Shown piece by piece: positions 1 to 13,180 of a stretch of 64,000 nucleotides of DNA. The notes beneath the pieces are model-generated. The model searched no databases. It saw nothing but the letters and a program-made list of their open reading frames with translations, and was not told the origin of the DNA. The translations under genes were made by a program, and so were the position numbers. The stretch comes from Glaucostegus cemiculus (Eukaryota). How positions within the stretch are numbered: the first letter of the stretch is position 1; each line of letters starts with the position of its first letter. Where the stretch lies: assembly GCA_976551045.1 (NCBI GenBank), contig CDPCPM010000102.1, positions 2,790,001-2,854,000 on the forward strand, given 5' to 3'.

Positions 1-3000
1 AGTACCAATAGGTACAGAGTTCCAAAATCCATACTCAGCAGTGATGAAGGTACTGAAATATACTTCCAGATCAAAATGGTATGTGGCTTGAAGAAGAACC
101 TGCAGATGGTGGCAAAGGTCACTGAAATGATCATTACAAGGTTGACTGTGGACCAACCCCTTTTTTTGGCAGAATTAAAATTGCCTCTTGTTATTGTCAA
201 ACAAGTACTATCTCAAAGCATGCTGTATGCTTTCTCTCTAGTATTGAGTAAGCTTGATGGTGTTTGTGGAAATTTGCAACATAAAGACTGTTTTTCTTCC
301 ACCAGTAGAAAAAACTTCTACTGATAGAGATTGATAATTGGGGAATGCTATTGATAAGCAACAGTAAATGTCTCTGTACTCTGACAATATCACAAAATAC
401 AAGAAGGAAACCTCTACTGTATAGAAATGGCCATGCAAGTTTCCTTTAAGGTTTGCCTTTTACCTGCATTCAGAAGAACTGTTTAAAAGTATTAGCAACA
501 TATAAAAATTACTAGAACAAGTAATATATACAATTCATTGAAAGAATAGGAATGAGTCTTTAGCTGAAACCATTTAGTTTCCATTTTAGCAAATGTTTTC
601 CTGCTTGCTTCAGTTGTGAGCATGTAAGTTGGCCAGTTGCAAAACAACATCCTTTAGACTCAAAATCATGCAAAAATGTTTATGAACTGAACTGAGGTTG
701 TGAGAAAACTGCACTTGATATGAAAAACCTCATTCTCCTTGGAATGTATTGACTCTAAAATTGCTGAAAACAGAAACTTCCTGCAACTTCCTAGCCTTCA
801 TTTTACTGATAAGTTCTTCCAGCTATCGGTGCAGTTTCATTGCTGCACTGACCATTTGTCAACTACTGTCAGCTGCAGAAAAGTACGAACAAGGAGGTGG
901 TTTTCTGGGCCTCAAAAGACACAGGAAGAAATGGTTAAATTTTTCTGACATTAACAGTCACCACCTCGTTTCACCAATGAACCTACTCTTGCATAACTAA
1001 AATCCCAGCTGTGTTAACCCTCTTTCTGCTGTTGTCACTATTAACATTTTTGTAGTGTTTGTATGGAGGTCAGCTCTGCTTAAATTGGTTGGTGTCTCAC
1101 AGTAGGAAGTCTGGATGGCTCATATACTGTCTCTGTGCCTGCTTCCCCTCATCTGGTCCATCAACTTGCCCACAACACTGGAGCTGTGGTATTAACTATA
1201 TTTAAAAGTGATCATAGCAGCTCAGCAAACCATTCAATTATACAGAGTACCATTACTGCTGTTTTGCCCACATCCTCCGAGTAAATTTTCAAGCGGTTAA
1301 AATCCTTTTTACTCTTCATTGATCATGATTTTAAAAGAGAAAATATTGGTTTGCAATGTTTTTTCCTTAATTAGTATTTTTATAGTGCGCCAACAGACAA
1401 AATAATCCAGTGGAATGATTGGTGGTTTGGTTTAATCTGAAGATCTTTGACTGAAATCAAGAATGTGTTTTAACTGCCACTGAATGTAATTTTGACCAAC
1501 TAATGTCATGACATAACTGGTTCTGATGTCCTTCTAATTCTGATACTTATGGATTTGCTGTTTACCTTGAGGTACAATTAGTTGCACAGGAAAAACTGCC
1601 AGCAAAAGATTGTGCATTCATCACTTTGGTAATATGTTGGCTTCCTTTTCTGGTCTCCTTATCTTACCGTATTGCTGGCCTGTGTTGGATGATGAAAAAT
1701 GTAATCTCCCTGTGCCAAGAGAAAATGGGAACCCATTGCATTTAACAGTGGTGGCACTGCCCATAGGCATCTGATATAGGAAACTACAAAGCCAATTATC
1801 ATGGTATGCCTATAAGATGAGTGATTCTGGCAACAGCTCATTTCCCAATGTAGTACTTGCTGCAATTGAACCTCAGAGGCAACATAAATAAAGATTAACA
1901 TTTATTGTTAGTATGAATAGGTTACACCAACATTAAAAAAAAATCATTATAGCATTTTTTGTATGGCTGTAAAGCATTCTTCTTCAATACATTAGCATCT
2001 GTAGTGATTCCTCCCTCCCCCCCCCCTTACATTCATTCGTTTCATAAATATGCTTTATGGGAGTCACAATCAATTACAAGGGTGGGGGGTGGGAATAAAA
2101 GCTTAAAATCATAAGTTACTTTGTCCAATGTCACGAACAGGACAGCATGTTTTGTGCCCAGTGTGTTTTGCTTTTTTAATCTGTTGTTAGATAACTTAAG
2201 AATTAACTTTTGAAATTGATTCAAGGAATAATGGAGCTTGGATAAGGTTCAAATAGCAATTTGAACATATTTTTCAGAGAGGCAGGAAACTGGATTAAAT
2301 TGTTATTTGTAGCAATTTGATAATTGGTCATCTTGAAATGTGCTATCTGTGACGTGCTGGATAAATAAACCTATACTAATACCAAAAGTCAGCAGCGTTG
2401 AGGAAGACAAATGTAGATTTTGTCTGCATGTGATTTTCACCTCCCTGCCCTCCCCAGGATTTTTGCAGCAGCAGGGGAGGTGGTGATTACTGCATCTGCG
2501 GGAAGTGTTATCACTGCATCAGAGAAAATTAGTTGAGTAGATTTTCATTGTTCACATACTTATGTATATATTTTTATAAACATTTAGTCATACTGCATTG
2601 TATTCTAATGGTGATCTTGTTGTGAGGTTTGCTCTTAAGACTGAAATGGAAATTTTATTCTTACTTATCAGTGGAATCTTCCTTTATTACTTATTATATT
2701 TTGCTAATTTTCCAAATTCTTTCTTTTTGCTGTAGAAATAATTCTTAGTGTTGCAGCTAGTGACAAGGTAAAGATGATTATTTCCTGAGCACTATGGTGG
2801 CATAATGATATTTGTGTTTCAGTATTTTCTGATTGGATACACGTGATTTTTTTTTAAACTACATTATAGGATTATAATAACTTGGAATTCTGAGGCATGA
2901 AGCAAAATGTATCATTATCCATATTTGTGAACTGAGAAGTTCTCCATCACAGAAGCTTTAAAATCTTGGATTAACTCTTGATCATATTATTCTGTACATA

Positions 3001-3111
3001 AAGTCTTTTCCAAATCTTCTAAAATTGTTAAGAGATAGAATATACAGTAATTGTAACTTTGTAAAATTTCTTGTATTTCTATTTGAAGCATTGAAGTTTT
3101 AGCTGTAGGTA

Positions 3112-3200
3112 GTCCTGAAATGTTGTCAATTCCTTTTCTCCCAGAAATGCTGCTCAGTTCTTCTCAGTTCCCGCTGAGTTCCTCCAGCAGATTGTTTGTT
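3112..3200 (+). mobile_element. Penelope-type terminal repeat fragment
   Basis: cctgaaatgttg...aaatgctgctc...gctgagttcctccagcag matches 62245-62278. Confidence 0.55.
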
Positions 3201-3844
3201 GAATTTGTTGCACTGGTCAAACACAGAAGCCCTTTAAACAGTACTGAAATATGAAATTAAGTTCCAGTCTTAAAAGTAAACCCCTTTTATTGTCATCAAA
3301 AGTTATCAGACATGAGGGCAGGGAAATATGCAGTTGGTATACTTCATCTGTCTCATTTCATGCATGACTACAGACCTCTGACTGTACAATAAGAGGCAGG
3401 CTTGTTTCTGGATCCATTGTAAAATGTGCACTTTGATCTTGCCAATCAACAGCTATAACCACATTGTCTAAAGAACAATCTTAGTTGAGATGAATAAGGG
3501 AATTTCAATGTTGTTCATTTTTAGGAATTCCTGTTTTACTCAGAGCTGATTTTTTTTCAAGTGGAGATTTAGTGAATTCTGTTTTGTAAACTGTTGTAAA
3601 GAGCTCTACTGGTGTTCTGTGCTGCAGGTCCATTCTGATGACTGGGAAATGAAATAATGTGATTGGTGTATCCATGGAGTCTACTTCACTGCCTTTTGAT
3701 TATAATGCAAATTCATATTCCAGCAAAGCAATGTTATTCAACATTAACCATGTCTTGCATTGTTTTTTAATCATGTAAAATTGAGTTGCTCATAATTAAC
3801 ACATTTTTCTCTAACTGATTATATTTTTCTTCCTACTCTTCCAG

Positions 3845-4248
3845 ATTTTGTGCTGAAAATGGACAAAACAATGAATCTAGCGAGGTGACATCTTTTAAAG
3901 TCCACTAAGAATTTCTTCTGTCGATTCTGGAACTACTTAGAATCTGGACTTGCTGTGCTTATACAGTCTGGGTTAAGACATTTAAAAGTCAGTGCTGTAA
4001 TGAAATGCTTCCTGTCAGCTCTGTTCAAAACATTCCCTTATGTCAGTATTACTAATTAAACTTGAGAACAACTTGGATTTCCTAAGAGGAAAAAAATCTT
4101 GCCATATTTTCTTTTTACAGTTTGTCTTTGTAAGAAGTTTGTCGTTAAATGATTTTTTTCAGAATTGGTAAACATCTGTCAAGTACTTTGGAAAGAAATT
4201 AAGACTAATCTCATCATATTTGTGACCTTTAGAATATAATTCAAGATC
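3845..4248 (+). other. Probable 5' UTR part of the first coding exon
   Basis: Branch-point-like CTAAC at 3811-3815, long pyrimidine tract and CAG ending 3844. An alternative acceptor (ttttctttttacag) ends at 4120. No CpG island or promoter seen, so the TSS is probably upstream of the window. Confidence 0.5.
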
Positions 4249-4733
4249 ATGAAAAGACCAAATAAACATCGACAACTCCAATTCTTCAGCCTCTTCAGCA
4301 GGAAACCTAAATCTAAGTCAAAGCTTGAGATGTCTGCCGTCACAGTTGAGGGAGTAAACACTAAAACAGAGAGTGAGGATGAGAAAAAGATGACCTCCTC
4401 TAATAGAACAATACAGTCCAACAGTAACGAACAGTTGTTGGGCACTCTAGAGTGTCCACTCTGCCTTCTTAGCCAGCCTCGATCCCAGTTCCCAGAGATT
4501 ATTTCTTGTCATCATCGTTCTTGTCTGGATTGCTTACAGCAATATTTGAAAATTGAAATTACAGAAAGCAGGGTCAACGTTGCCTGTCCAGAATGTTCAG
4601 AATTGTTTCATCCATCAGACATCCGTATGATTCTTAACAATGGCACTTTGATGGAAAAGTATGAAGAATTCATGCTGCGAAGATACCTTGCATCTGATCC
4701 AGATGCCCGATGGTGTCCTGCACCTGATTGTAG
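4249..4733 (+). CDS. RNF19A-like: RNF19-family RBR E3 ligase, coding exon 1 (N-terminus, RING1, start of IBR)
   Basis: ATG at 4249; translation ECPLCLL...[30 protein letters not shown]...[11 protein letters not shown]...RWCPAPDC matches RNF19A/B RING1; donor AG|gtatgt after 4733 (phase 2). Confidence 0.93.
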
Positions 4734-7700
4734 GTATGTACCACATAAATGGTTATTCTGATTTGTTATCTTTGCACTTGATTAATATATAAGTACGGGA
4801 GAGAGTATGGTGATGGTTATAGACTAAACTCTTTTAGTGAATGTATCTGCCTTGAGGTAGCTGATAATTGAGTGTAGAGGATAATATACTCAGCTTACAG
4901 ACATGGTTAATAATTTGGCCATACTTATGTAAAGTGTTAATTGATAACTTTTTTTGCCTTGAGTTTGTCTAGGGTCACACTGAAGATGTAATGGACCAGG
5001 ATTTTTAGCCATGCTGAACTCTTAAGGAGCTGACATACAACAGTAGCTCAGGCTCTTGCCCCACCTTCCTCCTCTACCTAGGCTCCATCTGCATGGGCTG
5101 GGAGAGGAAGAAAATAAATTGATATAGTACCTTGTGCCAGGTGAGCAACATTGTCACATGTGTACCCTGTCTCTTCAGGCTGAAGTGAATGGGTCATAAG
5201 GTGAACAGGAAAACGTAAACAATTCTGCAAGTAACTGGCAAGGAATCATGATATTGTTGGTGAATCTTGGAATATCTGAGTTACCTTTGTATTCAGCTGG
5301 CTACAGGAATTTAATGAGCTGAATTGTTTTGCTTTACTTGTTCTCTTTCACCAAAATGATTTTCAAGCTTTGCTCAGCACTTGCTGATAACATAGACTAG
5401 GTACATAAAGATACCACTGTATTGTAGTACTTAATTGCTCATTATATGATTGCATCCTTGAGAAGTTATCCTTTCTTAAACTCTAATTGTCAAGTCCAAA
5501 TGCCTGTTCTAATGGCTGATTATTAATGATTATTTCCCACCACCTTCAAAGTACTCCCACTTTATTATGTTAGCAGTTTTGATTTAATTATCAAGAAACT
5601 TCTCAGGTCATGTATCGGTCTAGCATTGATTGTTGAAGTATTACATATCCTGATCATTTTAAAAAAATTGCCTCCAATGTTATCTTGATTGTGATAGTTT
5701 TTGTTACTAATAACAGAAATCTTCATGTTCATTCATTTTTTCACTTTGAACACTTCTACCAAATTCTCCTCCAGCAATGTTCCCAGAGAATTTAGTCCTA
5801 GTTTCTCTAAACTTACCCTATCAAAGCACAGGCAAGGGAAGTTGAATGGATGCCTTGCATGCAAAAAAAATCTATGTTTTAGTCAACAGCTTTGCAAAGA
5901 CTTTTTCCAAATTCTCTTGGTGTCATGGCACATGAAAAGTAGCTGAGAGAAAAATATTCCTATTCAGAATATCATAACACAAGGCAAAATGCAGCATGAT
6001 TCCACACCCAACCATAGTGTAATCTGGCCTATGTGACTTGAGGATCTATTAAATGCCAAGGTGAATACATTTAAATGTTATAAACAACTTGTTGCTTGGA
6101 CAGGTATTAGAGTTTAAGAAAAGATAACTTCTTAAGAATCTAATCATATTGTGACCAATGCAGTACTATAATACAGCATTATTTTTATGTACCTTGTCTA
6201 TCAGACTATCAGGCAGGTGGTGAGCAGAGTTTCTAATTCATGGTCTGGACCTGCTTTTCATTCTCAATTGGACTACATATCCATTGTATTGTGAACATCC
6301 TAAAACTCTGGCATTATGCCAAAGTTTTTTTACTGAATGTCTTTTACTAAAATTATTATGCTTTTCTTTGGTATTAAATTCCTCTCAATACAAACTCTAT
6401 TTTATTTCCTCTTCACATACTTAATGATGTATATATTTGCATATCTAGTTTCCTTTGCTACTCCACTCCATTTTAGAAGTGTACTGTTCTAGGTATAAAT
6501 CAATTATATCACTCTTTTTGTGCATTAAATGTCATCTAGTTAAACTCCAAATTTGTGTGTCCTTCTATAGTCTTCTGCATTGTTTTTGACAGTTTTCTAC
6601 ATGGTTTAATATTGTCTACAGATTTTCATTTATTCTTTTGATTAAGTGCATCTGGTAGCCAAACATGGATTCTTGGACACCTTACTAGCCACTGTCTGCC
6701 AGACTGAATGGTCTCTACATACAGAAAAGTTCTGCTGTTCGCTTTTAAATCATCTCTATATAGGGTGACGTGTCTAATTTTCTCATCAAATTGCTTCAGG
6801 GTACTTTATCAAAAAAGTACCTGCAAGCCCATTAAAACTGTTTACCCATTGTAGTTTAAGACTGACATCAATGTGGTTAACAGAAGTTATATGATTGTCA
6901 ACAGATAAAGATCAATAATGGTAAGTATTCAACTGGTAATTACCTATGAATTAATAGTACCTACTGTTGTCCTAGATTGTATCAGATGTCTATGTCTGTA
7001 GCCAAAGGCTGTGCTTCCCCATTGCCTTGATTCCATGCAACATCAGTGTATCTCCTTGTTTCAATTGTTATTGCTTAAGATCCTGAACCATGCACATTTT
7101 GTTTTAAAATTCTCTCTGTTGGTCATTTTTGCCATGAAGTATAAATTCTAGTTGATCCATTTGTATTTTCCAAAAATAATTCTGTTTTTTCTTGAAATCT
7201 TTTCTAGCTGATCCATTTTGCACAGCATTTGGAACCCTGATTATAGCTGCAAAAAAAGGCAGCCTTCCCCATGTCTTTAGCATCTTCAACAACTCCCCCT
7301 TGCTGAGTCCTTTGATTGTATTTTTGCACCCTGTGTATTTAAGTGCGAAAAATTTTTATGAAAACTTCTTGTTCCTTGTGCTGGTTTCCCCACAATCTAC
7401 TTCTAGTTTCTTCATAAATAGGATCCTTATTTAGCTGATGCAGCTGATGAGTATGTATTTATGAACTTTTTCTTAACTGTTAAGGTATATTGCAGACTAT
7501 ATTAAAATATAGCCTTCTGACATTTTGTATATGTATATTTCTCTTGGATATCCTCATTGCATTTCTTATGTGCACCAACTACTATAATACATTGAAATAC
7601 TGTAATTTTAGCCAAAATGTGTTTTCAGTTAAGTCAAAAATACAGTTCTCAAAAAAATGTGCACTGTTATCCCTTATATAAAAGCCATTATGTGCTTGTA

Positions 7701-10088
7701 AGGTCTAAGATTATACAGAATCTGTTTTAATTTTTTCTCTGTTTTGTATCTTGAGACTGGATCTCCTTGGAATCAGGTTACATAAACTAATTGGTCTTTA
7801 ACTCTATATTCAAGTGCAGTATCTATATTTGTACACTTACATGCATTATAATGTTTTCTATTAGGGCACCTTTTTCATGTAGCTACTAAGCTTAATACCT
7901 AAACTTGTACTTGGCTCTCAAAGGGAACTATTCCCTTTGGGATAAGCACATCTCTAAATGCATTGCATTTCAAACAAAAATCCAGCTTGCAATAATTACC
8001 TCATAAAATTACCTGTTAGATATTTGATTCTTGTATTTGAGTTATGTCAGGCAAAACTTGTTCTCAAATTATGGTTTTGGGGATAGCTCTAGTCATGGTT
8101 TGGTGGAGTGATGGTTCCTAACTCTTCCATTACATGGCCTTGTCAATCATACCATCACTTTCAAAATAATGCCTTTTGTTAAACTACAAATTGTCCACAG
8201 CCATGCCCAGTCTGAAATGGAGGTTCTGGATATGTGATCTCCATTGTTTGCTTTGGATGGGTTATTAATCTAATAAATTGGGAAAACGTTGTATACAAAT
8301 ACAATTCCCAATGTCCCAATTTTGTCTGACTGAGTGGACTGCTAATACATTGGTTTTGTAAAGTAGGCTGATATTTTTTGAACAGGCTTATTTTGAATTG
8401 CTTGCTCACTACTGTGTCATATAATGTTAAAATTGAATCATTAGTTGAGAGATCCAAAGTTGAAGAAAATGTCAATTTGTGTTGTTGTGAACACAAATGT
8501 AAACTAATCTTAAATTTTGTATTAAAAAAATGATTTTTCACTCCATCTCCCTGGATTTTGGATCCATTCAGCTGATGATTTAGTGATCTGGTTGGAGGCA
8601 ATAAAATGAATTGAACTTGACGGACATTCTGTTTGTTTGTCTGAGATGACCTCTTGCCTGTAGACACTTGGTGATAAATAGCACAAGTCTGTATTCTAGC
8701 TGATGCATGTAATATCTGACACTGGTGCAAATAGATGTTTTTGGTCATTGTTGAAAGGAATCTATTTAAAAGACAAGTGTGTTAGATGTAATTTTGTAAT
8801 TTGAGAAATGTTAATACCTTTCAAAATACATTACATAGTTTTCCCCCTCTGCAGATTTCTTATGATATCATGCAGCTCATTAACGATAATGTTTGATTAG
8901 CTTACACTGGAATTCAAGTAGGTGAATCTGGTTATGTCACTTTTGTTTCCACATCTACCCATGCCCAAATTAGAAGTGAAATGCCTCACTCTCGCATGGC
9001 TTTTTATGTGGAAACACATGAAAGGATTAATAGAAATTTGCTTAACTTTAGCTTAAGAAGAGCAGTTCGAAGAGATGAAATAGGCCTGTATTTAAGTTAA
9101 TTGATATGCCAAATTCCATAGACCATTTTTATGGAAGGTTAACTTAACAACATTCATTTTGAGAAGTTAAACATATTGATGGATCAGCTAATATTTCTGC
9201 ACTAACTAATAATTTTTTTTCAACAGATTAGAAAATCAGTCAAAATTTAAATTGGAAACAGCTGATTCATGTTTAAATCTGTTTTTCCAATCACATTTCT
9301 TTGTGATTAAAAGTGGCAACATTGGTACTGCACACTTGCATTCTGACATTCCTTTCCAGATCTGATCCTCATTCAGTTTGATAGATAGAGAATGGATAAA
9401 TGTGATGCAAATTGACATGCTTCAATTGTCCCTTTTCAAGTTAAAACTTTTCGGTCATGATTGGAGAAGTGGATATTGGAATTAAAATCATTGGAATTGA
9501 TATTTTCCATTTCAGAGAATGTATTTTGGCCAGGAATTTAACAGTAAAACGTATTATGTTGCTGTTTCTTTGTAAAAACCCAGTGAAATTCACTTATTTC
9601 TGAGAAGTCAAGAGAGATTTTATTTTAAAGTGAGTAGACTGCCAACTTATTTATCTAGAACTGTTCAACGTATTGCTGTTGGCCCAATAATTTCTGGATC
9701 TGACCATGACCTCTGCGATAAAGCTAAGTGCTCTTTCCCCTCTTTAGGAAAAAAATGTTTCATGCATAATTAATATTTTACAGCATCTTGCCTCAGCTGT
9801 CATTCAGTTTTCTTTAAACCTTTGGTATTTTATCAATATAGATATGATATAATTTAACCAACTAGAACATAGTTGCTTCAGAATTTCTTTTCATGATGGG
9901 AAAGCAACATGGCTGTTCGCAGCACAACTTGTTGAACAAACTGATACAGCTTACCATTACAAAACACTTAGTATTTTGGAATTATAAATGATAAATGACT
10001 ACGTAATGCAAATCATGTTATCACTGCTATGAAACTGTAGCCTCTTGCTATTTGAAACTGATCTTTTGTGCATCCTGACTCTCTACAG

Positions 10089-10294
10089 TTATGGAGTCAT
10101 TGCTAATGGCTGTGCAACCTGCCCAAAGCTGACATGTGAGCGCTCAGGCTGTGCAACTGAATTCTGTTATCATTGCAAACAACTCTGGCACCCGGACCAA
10201 ACCTGCAGTGAAGCTCGTAAACAGAGAGACGTGTTTGTGGCTGGGATAGAAAAACACTCTACCTCTCTTATTCACAGTGAAGAAACAGACAATG
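10089..10294 (+). CDS. RNF19A-like: RNF19-like coding exon 2 (IBR)
   Basis: Acceptor ctctacag|, [17 protein letters not shown]...[15 protein letters not shown], donor G|gtaaat; phases 2 to 1 fit neighbours. Confidence 0.95.
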
Positions 10295-12298
10295 GTAAAT
10301 ACTCCCTTTGCTGGAAGAAAAATGTTTAATTAGTTAATTTCTTTTTTGAAACATTGAGAAAGTGCATTCTCTCAGAGGATCCTAAATAGATTCATCAGTA
10401 TATATTTGAAATACAAATGGTTGCCATCACCAGAGGGATTCATTAACAAGGTTAGCCACTGCTGGTATGTGGTTATCTGTTTTGTGTCCATCATTTCTAA
10501 ACCTTATTTGGTTAGCTTCACTTAACTTTTTACAATAAGCTGACCGAGCTGTGGAAGCTATAATCTATATAACTTGTGGAGGTACTCGGAGCTTGATCCT
10601 GTTCATATTTATACTTTATGTGATCTCTTTCTGAAAATCTGACAAAGAATTTAGTAGAGCAATTAATATTTTTACTAAGCAGGCAGCAAGGTCATCATAT
10701 TATGCTACAGTAGTTGAGTCATTTTATATATGAGGCTGTGCAGACACATCCTTCCCAGTTTACTGTTTCTTTAAATGCTACTTTATAATATCGAAGTTGA
10801 ATCAGGCAGACTAGAGTGGTGTCTGTGCAACAAGAATGTGAACATTTAGTGCTAGTAACATTTTTGTGTAGTATTTAATAACCTTCCTGTCTTGCATTGT
10901 ATTAGAGTTGTTGGATAAAGCTGTTAAGAATAGAAATGGCTAAACTCCATTTATGAAATCAGTTATTCCTCAAAGCACTAAAGTTTAATTATTGTGTCTT
11001 CTCTTCATGTTAGAGTTAGAAACTGGAAAAGGATTTAATGTGGCTTTTTTGAATAAACCTGTCACGTTCAAACCAAATTTCTTCAAGTTAATAATAGTAA
11101 ACTTACACTAGATGGATTGTAGTTCATAAATTATTTGATCGATATTTGACTTCAAGATATTTGGATATTAGAGGCAGATTTATTAGAAATGATGCCATGA
11201 TTGGATCAAACTGGATTAAGCCATCCAAGATGCCAGTGGTCATCAAGGTTCATATCTCATGCCACCACTATGTATGTCTTGCTGCCTTTATCTTGTATCA
11301 TTCTTGTTGAGATACTAAATAGCTTTAACTGTTGCTGGACTCTTGCTCTCCCTGATACATTGTTCCTTTGTTCTCAGACCCAGAAAGAATTCTTGAATGA
11401 TTCTGCCAGCACTGATTTTTGCTTTCCATTTTGATACAAGACCTCCAAACCTAAATGGAAACTTGCTGCAGTGCAGACATTCCACTGTGTTAATGCTTTA
11501 GTGCTTGTTTCTCATAACTTGATTTTGAGAACTAAAATAAAGAAGGGAGATGGCTGAAATATCCTTTCTTGAGCAGAGAATTGTCATTTTTACAGTTGTT
11601 TACTTTTCTGTTCAACACAAATAGTGTGACTAACTGAAAAGTAAGAAAGGAAATTGATAATGTTGCAGAGAGATAGTAAGAAATGCATCTGTTAACCCTA
11701 GAAACCGTAATTGATATGATGTTTTATAAAGTTTAAATGATTTTGTGGACTGGAACAAAAGAGCAAGATATATGCAAAATTGTTCCAGTATTCATACACT
11801 TTTAAATTTTATTGGCAAAATTATAAATAATGTGGAACCATTTTATTACAATTCCTGTTTGTTCTCTTGCTCAGAACTGAAAACCAGTTTCACTGTTTGT
11901 CCACGAGAGTCTTGGGAAGTGACCCCAACTTGGGCCAGCCCAAGTTTACAACCACTTGAGACATCCAGGATTTCTGCGGGCCCATGTTGTCAGTTGTACA
12001 GTGCATCAAATTTTGGTGTCCGTCTTCTATCAGGCAAAAAAAATAGGAATAGAATAAACACAACTTAACAAGATCCCCTCATTCAGAATGATAATATATT
12101 TAAAAGAAAAGCAGTTTTTCTATAGCTGTTATTCTTCCTCATTTAGGTTTGCTTTCCATGACTTGATTCTATTGATTAATAACTGCCTGTTATTATTTGC
12201 CATAAATAATAATAATAAGGAAAGAATGTCTGAGGAAAAAGTATAGAAACAGTAGTAAGGGGTGGTGTATGAACTAAAAGTGAATAAATAAGTTAGTA

Positions 12299-12583
12299 CA
12301 GACTGTTTCCGGGGTACAAAAGCCCAACTTATGGACACCCCTACATATGAAAAAGCTCCTGTAATATTATTAAATTCATAAGTTCAACATGCATGCTAGT
12401 TTCCTTTCTCACTCCACTTTTAGTAATTGTTCTTATCAATCGTGTGCTTTTGATGCCATTCATTACAATACTGTGGAGGTATGGTTACTGTATCGAGTGA
12501 TTTTGTGTATTTTCTGACTTGGAGACGAAATTGACCTATGAACGTCTGTAAGTGCAGAGCCTGTTTGTTACTTGGGTGGCCTG
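12299..12583. mobile_element. pogo/Tigger-like MITE
   Basis: TA-flanked; ends cagactgtttccggggtac / gttacttgggtggcctg; internal sequence shared with 44000-44252 (ttttgatgcca.tcattacaatactgtggaggt.tggttac). Confidence 0.7.
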
Positions 12584-12774
12584 TATAGGAGAAGTAAATG
12601 CAAGGCAATTAATAAATTCTTTTTTGGACTATAAAACAATCAATAACACGTAGAGTGAAATGAAATTGATGCATGGACTCCAGACTTTGGCCATATTACA
12701 GATTTTAAGCAATTAAATATAATAAATTTAGATTTTATACATGATGTATTTTTCCTGATTAAGAATTGTGCACC

Positions 12775-13180
12775 ACAGAAGGGCACCATGAGATCGTTCA
12801 TATCTTTTGAAAGAGCTGTCCACTCAATCTCATCCCTTTTTCTTTCCCATAGGCCTGCAAATGTTTCCTTTTTGGGTATGTATCCAGTTCCCTTTTAGAC
12901 TTTGCCACAATCTTTTCAGGCAATGCATCCCAGAGTGTTATAGTATAATGTATAAAAAAAATGTTTTTTTTCCTCTCTGACCCATTTCCCATAAATCTGA
13001 ATGTTCTGTTTACAATTTTGTATTTGGTCTAACAAAAGCCATCATAATTTTGAACACATGTATTAAATCACCCCTTAACCATCAGTGCTCTAAACTAAAG
13101 AATGTAAACCCAGTCTCTCCACATAACTGAAAACCAGCCCTTCTGATACCGTTCCAGTCAATTGCCCTTCCTCTCTCTAA
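12775..13180 (-). mobile_element. Old CR1 3' fragment
   Basis: Minus translation TLWDALPEKIV...KRELDTY...LQAYGKE resembles the CR1 ORF2 C-terminus. Confidence 0.6.

Noticed and set aside
1-3800. Promoter or first exon of the RNF19-like gene, and short ORFs
   Set aside because: No CpG island or convincing promoter; the ORFs are short, mostly non-ATG and unrecognisable.
8179-8748. 189-aa minus-strand ORF
   Set aside because: Non-ATG start and no domain I can recognise. A vague Gypsy-integrase-like patch (QTMEITYPEPPFQ) is too weak to call without an HMM search.
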